A DNA stretch of 64,000 nucleotides from an uncultured Bacilli bacterium (GTDB lineage Bacteria > Bacillota_I > Bacilli_A > RF39 > UBA660). The position numbers and the translations under genes are program-made. The stretch lies in NCBI GenBank assembly GCA_947626095.1, contig CANQQV010000003.1:82458-146457 (forward strand). The letters are read 5' to 3'. Below, piece by piece: positions 59,849-64,000 of the stretch. Within the stretch, counting starts at the first letter, position 1. Every line of letters begins with the position of its first letter. Below the pieces are notes generated by a model. The model was not told where the DNA came from, did not search any database, and saw only the letters and a program-made list of their open reading frames with translations.

Positions 59849-61084
59849 ATTATACATAATATTAATATCAACGTCTCCGTTAATACCATCTATCTTACCA
59901 TTACTACATAATTGCCAATACTTATAATCTCCTTCATATGAAGTTTGTTTCGTATAATGAGCAAGCCATACTGGATAACCTGTATCATACCATGCTTTTT
60001 CTAAATAAGTTTTGCTACTATATAACATTCCTTGATATCCAGCATCTTCAATAGTATCTAAAAAAGCTTTAGCTCCTTGTGTTAAACTATAAAAACTTTG
60101 ATGAAACTCATTATAAAAAGACCAACTCTCCCAATCATATGCAATTGGTAAATCAACCTTATATCCTTTTATTTGTTCTAAAACCCAATTAGCATCTTCA
60201 ACCGCTTTTTCTTTACTATTAGCATAAGAATAATAATATAAACCAACTGGTATACCTACTTCATTAAATCCCTTAATATTATTTATAAATTGTTTATCAA
60301 CAAAATACTCACCATCAATACCTCTAGCACTACCAACACGAATTATAACAAATTCTACTCCAGCATTTTTTACTTTCGCAAAATCAATATCACCTTGCCA
60401 TGATGAAACATCAATCCCAATCATCGTGTTATCAGTCTTATAATCTTTTAGAACATCAGCAAAATTAGTATGAACTGTTGGTTCACTACTACTAGATGGT
60501 TTACTTGTAACTGGTTTTTTAACATTTAAAGTAAACTCTTTAGTTGTTACATTATTAGAAGCATCAGTTGCTTTAAACGTTAATTTATAACTACCAACTT
60601 TTTTAGTGTCATAATCACCTATTATTTCACACTTAGGATTATCATCTATATTATCAGCACACGTAATATCTTCTAATAAACTACCATCATAATTAGTATT
60701 TACACTATACGTACTATTAAGCCATATAACCGGTGCAACATCATCAATTACTTTTATTTTAAATGTATAAGGTACTTTTATATCTTCTTCATTAACATAT
60801 TCAAAAGCTACTTCCTTATCTCCAATAACTGATGTATTAATCTCATAATCATCAATTATTTCCCCATTAATATCCGTAATAAAATCCGAAACTTTTACTG
60901 AAGATAAAAAAGGTACTTCTAATTCATCTTTTAAAGTAACTTTAATTGTTGCTTTTTTAATCTGTTCTAATTTTTCTTCCTCTTCATGACTTTTTTTATA
61001 AGCTGGAATAATTATTGTACATATCAAAATAATACATATTATAGTGCATAAAACACCTATTGAAATTAAAATTTTTTTATTCAT
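59846..61084 (-). CDS. Membrane-anchored GH25 muramidase with Ig-like (DUF5011) repeats
   Basis: TM helix; D..AP.I...D..D...G.Y.L.F.A.D.SNN Ig-like repeat; GIDVSSWQG, GLYYYS, YDWE, WLAHY, WQ and VDIN motifs. Confidence 0.93.
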   Translation of the reverse strand: MNKKILISIGVLCTIICIILICTIIIPAYKKSHEEEEKLEQIKKATIKVTLKDELEVPFLSSVKVSDFITDINGEIIDDYEINTSVIGDKEVAFEYVNEEDIKVPYTFKIKVIDDVAPVIWLNSTYSVNTNYDGSLLEDITCADNIDDNPKCEIIGDYDTKKVGSYKLTFKATDASNNVTTKEFTLNVKKPVTSKPSSSSEPTVHTNFADVLKDYKTDNTMIGIDVSSWQGDIDFAKVKNAGVEFVIIRVGSARGIDGEYFVDKQFINNIKGFNEVGIPVGLYYYSYANSKEKAVEDANWVLEQIKGYKVDLPIAYDWESWSFYNEFHQSFYSLTQGAKAFLDTIEDAGYQGMLYSSKTYLEKAWYDTGYPVWLAHYTKQTSYEGDYKYWQLCSNGKIDGINGDVDINIMYN

Positions 61085-61099
61085 TATTTCACATCCGTA

Positions 61100-61837
61100 C
61101 TATTTTTTTTCCTTCATTGTAAAATTCATTGGGTCAACCAATTTAATTTTTGGTACTATTGAATCCAAATCGACATAATAATTACCAGAATTATTCTTAT
61201 CAATTAAAACAACTACCCCTTTTGCATTATATTTATTAACTACACTACTTAAATCAACATAATAATCTTCACTTTCAAAAACATATTCTTGATTATTAGC
61301 TGGATTTAAATATTTACATCTTAATTTATAAGGTTTCATCCCTTTAGCTTTTTTACCATTATTATTCACAAAAATATCCGTTATCATTGCATTTACATAT
61401 ATGCCCTTTTTATATAAGTTATTAATACGTATATTTCTTTTTAAATCACTAACAAACTTAGGTAAACCAATTAATAAACTAAATATTCCCAATAAAACAA
61501 AAGCCGCAATTAATATTTCATGATTATTACTTATTAATTTATTAGGATTATTAATATCATACTTTATTTTTGTCTGATCTTTAACAGATAATTTACTATT
61601 TATAGGTAATTTAATTTTTTGTTCATAATTTTTATCTTCTACTTTATATCTTACAATGGCTTTATTACCACCATCATCATAATCAATTGAAACAATCATC
61701 GCACTTACATTAACTGCTTTTTGTTCTAAAGCATAATCATATATTGCTAAAGAAACACAAGAAAATAGCAATATAATTCCTAGGAAAGTAAATACAATAT
61801 TTTTTATTCTTTTCATTTTAGTAACATTATCTTTCAT
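61100..61837 (-). CDS. DUF3592-like membrane protein
   Basis: TM-beta domain-TM-beta domain; Y.V...Y, I.YD.NNP and YYVD motifs. Confidence 0.7.
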   Translation of the reverse strand: MKDNVTKMKRIKNIVFTFLGIILLFSCVSLAIYDYALEQKAVNVSAMIVSIDYDDGGNKAIVRYKVEDKNYEQKIKLPINSKLSVKDQTKIKYDINNPNKLISNNHEILIAAFVLLGIFSLLIGLPKFVSDLKRNIRINNLYKKGIYVNAMITDIFVNNNGKKAKGMKPYKLRCKYLNPANNQEYVFESEDYYVDLSSVVNKYNAKGVVVLIDKNNSGNYYVDLDSIVPKIKLVDPMNFTMKEKK

Positions 61838-61899
61838 ATCATCTATTCCTTTTTTATTCTTCTCTTTTAATTATAATATCTAGTGTTTCTAATGTAAAG

Positions 61900-63306
61900 T
61901 TAGTTATTTATTTCTCCATCTAAACTAAAACTTTTAGCATCCGTAATACATACATCCACTATTTTACCAATCTTATCTTGACCATTACTTACATTAACTA
62001 ACTTCATTGTATCCGTATAACCAAATACTTTATTTTTATCTTTTTCACTAATTCCCTCAATTAATACTGGTACTACTTTTCCTACATATTTCTGATTAGC
62101 AGCTAAACTATATGAATTGACTAATTCATTTAATTTCTGTAGTCTTTCTTCCTTAGTATGCATCTCAATCTTATCTTCCATACGTGCTGCTGGTGTCCCC
62201 TCACGTGGGCTAAAAATAAAAGTAAATGCACTATCAAACTTACAAGTATTTACGACATCTAATGTTTCAGCAAAATCTTCATCTGTTTCATTAGGAAATC
62301 CAACAATAATATCAGTAGTTACTGCTACATTAGGAATAGTACTCTTTATTTTATTAAATAACTTTAAATATTCTTCTTTCGTATAACGACGACCCATTAA
62401 TTTTAAAATACGTGATGAACCAGATTGTAATGGCAGATGAATATAAGGCATTATATTTGGGTATTTAGCGATTACTTCAATCATTTCATCTGTAAAATCC
62501 CAAGGATGTGATGTAACAAATCTAATACGTGGTATTTTAGTTTCTGCCACTGCTTTAAGTAATTCAGCAAAACTCAATTCATCAGTAAGATCTTTACCAT
62601 ACGCATTAACATTTTGACCAAGTAAAGTAACTTCTTGATAACCATCTTTAACTAAGTTTTCTACTTCACTAATTATCTCTTTACTTTTACGACTTCTTTG
62701 TTTACCTCTTGTATAAGGAACTATACAATAAGTGCAAAACTTATCACATCCATACTGAATATTAACCCATGCTTTTATATTAGAATCTCTTTTATAAGCT
62801 ATATTTTCATATACTTCCCCTTCACATGAGTATACACTAATATCTTGTTTACTTGTTCTATTTAATATTAAATCTTGTAACTCATGAATATTATGAGTAC
62901 CAAAAACAATATCTACATAAGGATGCTTTTCCATTAATTCTTTAACGACATTTTCCTCTTGTGCCATACAACCACATATTCCAATAATTAAATCTTTATT
63001 ATCTTTTTTAGCATGCTTACAACGACCTAAAAAGCCATATAACTTATCGTGCGCATTCTCTCTAATAGCACAAGTATTTAATATTACAATATCAGCATCT
63101 TCTAACTTTTCTGTAGGTCTAAAACCTAATGACTCTAAACGAGCTGCTATTTCTTCCCCATCATGAACATTCATTTGACAACCATAAGTCCTTAAAAAAT
63201 ATTTTTGTCCTTTAAAAGTATTTTGATCATAATGTTCATCTAAATATATATGCTCTACTTCTTTACTCGTTCTTTTTCTTGCTTCAGTTAGATTTGGTAA
63301 TTTCAT
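61900..63306 (-). CDS. miaB: tRNA-2-methylthio-N6-dimethylallyladenosine synthase
   Basis: TYGCQMN, NTCAIRENA, GCMAQ, radical-SAM CDKFCTYC, LLGQNVN, SHP and C-terminal TRAM domain. Confidence 0.97.
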   Translation of the reverse strand: MKLPNLTEARKRTSKEVEHIYLDEHYDQNTFKGQKYFLRTYGCQMNVHDGEEIAARLESLGFRPTEKLEDADIVILNTCAIRENAHDKLYGFLGRCKHAKKDNKDLIIGICGCMAQEENVVKELMEKHPYVDIVFGTHNIHELQDLILNRTSKQDISVYSCEGEVYENIAYKRDSNIKAWVNIQYGCDKFCTYCIVPYTRGKQRSRKSKEIISEVENLVKDGYQEVTLLGQNVNAYGKDLTDELSFAELLKAVAETKIPRIRFVTSHPWDFTDEMIEVIAKYPNIMPYIHLPLQSGSSRILKLMGRRYTKEEYLKLFNKIKSTIPNVAVTTDIIVGFPNETDEDFAETLDVVNTCKFDSAFTFIFSPREGTPAARMEDKIEMHTKEERLQKLNELVNSYSLAANQKYVGKVVPVLIEGISEKDKNKVFGYTDTMKLVNVSNGQDKIGKIVDVCITDAKSFSLDGEINN

Positions 63307-63359
63307 ATAAATCACTTCCAGTAGTTAATTATAACAAATTATAGAACTAAAAAAAAGGT

Positions 63360-63848
63360 TTAATAACCTTTTATTCCTTCTAATGATTCATCATTTTCTA
63401 TATATTCTTCAACCATAATATGACGATATTTATCTTTCGTATCTCTTATATATAAATCCTTTAATCCTGAATTAATAATCATTCTTTTACATAAAGCACA
63501 AGGATTAGAATTTTCTACATAAGCCCCATCACTATAGTTTTTACCTACCAAAAATAAAGTACCACCTAACATTTTATTACGTTCAGCACTAATAATTGCA
63601 TTTTGCTCCGCATGAACACTACGACACATTTCGTATCTTTCACCACGTGGGATCTGTAATTTTTCACGCATACAATATTTTAAATCACAACAATTCTTAC
63701 GACCTCTTGGCGCCCCAACATATCCAGTTGATATTATTTCATCATTCTTAACAATAACTGCGCCAAAATTTCTTCTTAAACAAGTTCCTCTTTCAATTAC
63801 TGTTTCGGCTATATCTAAATAATAATTAATTTTATCTCTTCTTTTCAT
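63360..63848 (-). CDS. dCMP deaminase (ComEB/DCTD family)
   Basis: TC.RR..GAVIV, GY.G.P, HAEQNAI and PCALC motifs (intact Zn site). Confidence 0.92.
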   Translation of the reverse strand: MKRRDKINYYLDIAETVIERGTCLRRNFGAVIVKNDEIISTGYVGAPRGRKNCCDLKYCMREKLQIPRGERYEMCRSVHAEQNAIISAERNKMLGGTLFLVGKNYSDGAYVENSNPCALCKRMIINSGLKDLYIRDTKDKYRHIMVEEYIENDESLEGIKGY

Positions 63849-63894
63849 ATCTTACTTCACCCTACCTAAAACAATTATAACAATTATGTCACAA

Positions 63895-63921
63895 GAAAAA
63901 AAGTAGATTTCTCTACTTTTT
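63895..63921 (-). terminator. Intrinsic terminator of an upstream unit lying beyond the window
   Basis: AAAAAGTAGA/TCTACTTTTT stem with flanking tracts. Confidence 0.65.
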
Positions 63922-64000
63922 AAGGTTGTATTATAAATAGTGTTGGTGAGAAATCTCTTCACTATTTTTTATTTCATCAAAAAGACATAAGTTTGTTACA

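Noticed and set aside
59846-61084. GH25 lysozyme as a phage endolysin
   Set aside because: It has an N-terminal membrane anchor and Ig-like spacers and no holin or phage context, so it is better read as an autolysin
2668-62386. Short ORFs of 60-102 aa antisense to or overlapping real genes (e.g. 2668-2880, 6012-6296, 8100-8297, 10294-10497, 15278-15586, 19102-19335, 21577-21828, 24541-24756, 28150-28423, 47242-47472, 47929-48123, 59674-59889, 62117-62386)
   Set aside because: They are shadow frames of well-supported genes, with no RBS or recognisable motifs
63936-63968. Hairpin AAATAGTG/CACTATTT near the window end
   Set aside because: Context is cut off by the window edge, so a 3' UTR cannot be distinguished from an ncRNA
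1-64000. CRISPR array, rRNA or tRNA genes
   Set aside because: No regularly spaced repeats and no GC-rich cloverleaf or rRNA-like segments were seen; intergenic gaps are short
1-64000. Mollicute-type UGA=Trp recoding
   Set aside because: Conserved genes (ileS, priA, fhs) are full-length under code 11 with Trp as TGG, and TGA ends ORFs at the expected positions (e.g. dnaB, gerKA)

Overview
Very AT-rich (roughly 25% GC by eye), gene-dense chromosomal segment of a Gram-positive, reduced-genome member of the Bacilli. An uncultured RF39-like lineage is my inference from gene content and style. The standard genetic code fits, and most genes lie on the minus strand. Core genes include fmt, dnaI/dnaB, HU, fhs, priA, an RlmD/TrmA-family methyltransferase, a T-box-regulated type-2 ileS, PMM/PGM, miaB and dCMP deaminase. 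A sporulation/germination set (spoIVA, spoVIF, a gerKA-KC-KB-like operon) carries recognisable sigmaE/K-, sigmaG- and sigmaF-like promoters. Cell-envelope genes include a class B sortase with two candidate NPxT substrates (one a thioester-domain adhesin), a polysaccharide deacetylase, a GH25 lysozyme and two pilin-like/papain-fold hydrolase fusions. I found no rRNA, tRNA, CRISPR array, integrase or transposase. The most notable observations: (i) several intact ORFs look like catalytically dead enzymes (a P-type ATPase lacking its A/N domains and DKTGT, a cytidine deaminase with Zn-Cys changed to Ser, a thioredoxin without CxxC, a DEDDh exonuclease without its acidic motif, a possible double dead HEPN and dead ART-like folds); (ii) IleRS2 has a non-canonical GLHH signature and is co-transcribed behind a CYTH gene under an Ile T-box; (iii) a stand-alone structured ~130-nt transcription unit lies upstream of priA; (iv) pilin-like cell-wall-hydrolase fusions and large effector-like proteins are present.
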